64,000 nt of DNA from an uncultured Hyphomicrobiales bacterium. Lineage in GTDB: Bacteria > Pseudomonadota > Alphaproteobacteria > Rhizobiales > Xanthobacteraceae. The number at the start of each line of letters is the position of its first letter. The first letter of the stretch is position 1. The position numbers and the translations under genes were made by a program. Below, one piece after another: positions 62,615-64,000 of this stretch. The stretch is taken from the NCBI GenBank assembly GCA_903839845.1, contig CAIMEA010000079.1:4189-68188 (forward strand), read 5' to 3'. Below the pieces are notes generated by a model. The model was not told where the DNA came from and ran no database searches. It saw only the letters and a program-made list of their open reading frames with translations.

Positions 62615-64000
62615 TCCAGCCGGCCGCTCGGCCTGCCGGGGCGGCGGCAGCGGGTTGATATCGACGGGCGCCGGTAATGCCGGCGCCATTTCTTTGTCCG
62701 GTGCTGGAGGAGCATTGCCGCTGGGCGGCACAGTCGGCTTCGGCTGCGCCGCCTCGATGGCGCGCAGCCGCCTGGCCTGGCTATCGACCGCGCGCAAGGT
62801 CAGCCAGGCTGTCAACGCCGACACGTCAATGTTGCGCGCCGGCGCGCTGACCGGCCCCTTCAAGGACATGAAGATATCAGGCCGCGTGCCCGTGGTTTCA
62901 CTCGCGCCGGTCAGAACCAGCCGCGCGTCCAGCGAACCGGCGGTGAGATCGACATTGCCGGTGATCGACAGGTCGGCATTGTTGATCTCGGCATTGAATT
63001 CGCTCAGCCGCAACTGCCCGGCGCGCAGCGACAGATTGCCGGTCGCGCGCTTGACCGCCAGTTGACCGCCCTCCAGCGCCGAGCGCGTCACTGTGCCGAT
63101 GCGGCCGGCATCGATGGCCAGCCCCTGGTCGATGGCGCGGGTGACGGCGTCGAAGGCGCGCGGATCGAGCCCGGCCAATTGCGCGTTGGTCAATGTCAGT
63201 TTGCCGGTGCCGCGCAGCGAGCCGATCAACGCCACCGGGCTTAACCCCGCGCCGGTCGCATCGGCCGCGATATCGAGCGTTCCGGTGATCGGCGGGCGCG
63301 CCGCCGGTGGCAGCAGCGCCGCCGCGTCCGCGCCGGTCAGCGACAGTTTCGCTTGCGCGGTCAATCCGGTGTCGGTGTCCGTGTAGCCGAGGCTGCCGGC
63401 GAACCTGCCGCCGGCAATATCGCCGGCCATGTCGTCGATGGATAATTCGCGCTTGCCGAAGCGAAGATTGGCGCTGAACTCGCGCACCGCGATCGGCGAC
63501 GAGAAATCAAGACGCCGCGCCTTGAGCAAAAGTTCGCCGACGACCTCGCCAAACGCTGCATCGGTGAAAGGCTCGGTCGACCAGATCCAATTTTTATCGG
63601 CGCTCGGCGCGATTGTCGGCATGCCGATCGCAGCCGCGAGCACGGTCGCGCCGTCGATCGTATCGGCGTCCAGCGCGCCGGAAATCCGGTGCGGCAGGCC
63701 AAGCGACCAAGTCATTTTGCCGCGCAACGCGCTGCCGCCGATATTGGCGTTGATGTCGGAGACGTTAAGCCCCTCGCCGGCCAGCGCGAGGCGGCCGTCG
63801 AATGTAACCGGCAGCGCCGCGCGCGCATCGCCGGCGCCGCGTAACGGCGCGGCATTGGCGCGGGTCACCACCGTCCGGAAGGCCGCCGACGGCGCCGCCA
63901 CGAACGGCCGCGCCGTGCCGCTGACTTTCGCTTCCAGGCTTTTCGCCAGCAGCCGGCCCTCGAGAGCCAGTTCGCCCTTCGCCGGGCCGTTCAATGTCAG
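62594..64000 (-). CDS. AsmA-like outer-envelope protein, C-terminal part; gene starts beyond the window end
   Basis: Long Gly/Ala/Leu beta-rich ORF open to the window edge, ending SLKGPVSAPARNIDVSALTAWLTLRAV plus a Pro-rich tail, as in Rhizobiales AsmA-like proteins. Confidence 0.75.
   Translation of the reverse strand: MTLNGPAKGELALEGRLLAKSLEAKVSGTARPFVAAPSAAFRTVVTRANAAPLRGAGDARAALPVTFDGRLALAGEGLNVSDINANIGGSALRGKMTWSLGLPHRISGALDADTIDGATVLAAAIGMPTIAPSADKNWIWSTEPFTDAAFGEVVGELLLKARRLDFSSPIAVREFSANLRFGKRELSIDDMAGDIAGGRFAGSLGYTDTDTGLTAQAKLSLTGADAAALLPPAARPPITGTLDIAADATGAGLSPVALIGSLRGTGKLTLTNAQLAGLDPRAFDAVTRAIDQGLAIDAGRIGTVTRSALEGGQLAVKRATGNLSLRAGQLRLSEFNAEINNADLSITGNVDLTAGSLDARLVLTGASETTGTRPDIFMSLKGPVSAPARNIDVSALTAWLTLRAVDSQARRLRAIEAAQPKPTVPPSGNAPPAPDKEMAPALPAPVDINPLPPPRQAERPAGSVGTQN

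Overview
High-GC chromosomal segment of a Hyphomicrobiales (Rhizobiales) alphaproteobacterium, resembling Xanthobacteraceae/Nitrobacteraceae; this is inferred from the two-piece tmRNA with tag ANDNYAPVAQAA, an alpha-type SspB, and intergenic palindrome families. It is mostly core metabolism. In order: an aerobic benzoyl-CoA (box) cluster without boxA, followed by FNR and a 2Fe-2S ferredoxin; tRNA-Lys; leuA, ilvC and ilvIH, with two unannotated leader peptides; a pdxY-phzF-nudix-ppk2 operon; three ABC systems including sulfate sbp-cysTWA; four tandem chemoreceptors with NIT-like sensor motifs; miaA/serB; hflKC-degQ; thyA-GNAT-folA; mlaEFD; tctAB and a separate tctC-like gene; a CHR pair; an HD-GYP protein; ssrA-sspB-fumC; and a partial AsmA. 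No CRISPR array, integrase, transposase or prophage gene was seen. The best novelty candidate is a ~480-nt non-coding element (42083-42558, minus strand) with its own near-consensus sigma70 promoter, many hairpins whose G-U pairs and GNRA loops fix the strand, and REP-type palindromes on both sides. Other leads are a possible BoxA-independent electron chain for BoxB, the diversified NIT-like MCP array, and a crescentin-like coiled-coil gene behind two CtrA boxes. Family assignments come from motif recognition and recalled knowledge, not database searches; several start codons were re-chosen from the ORF track using RBS and family N-termini.
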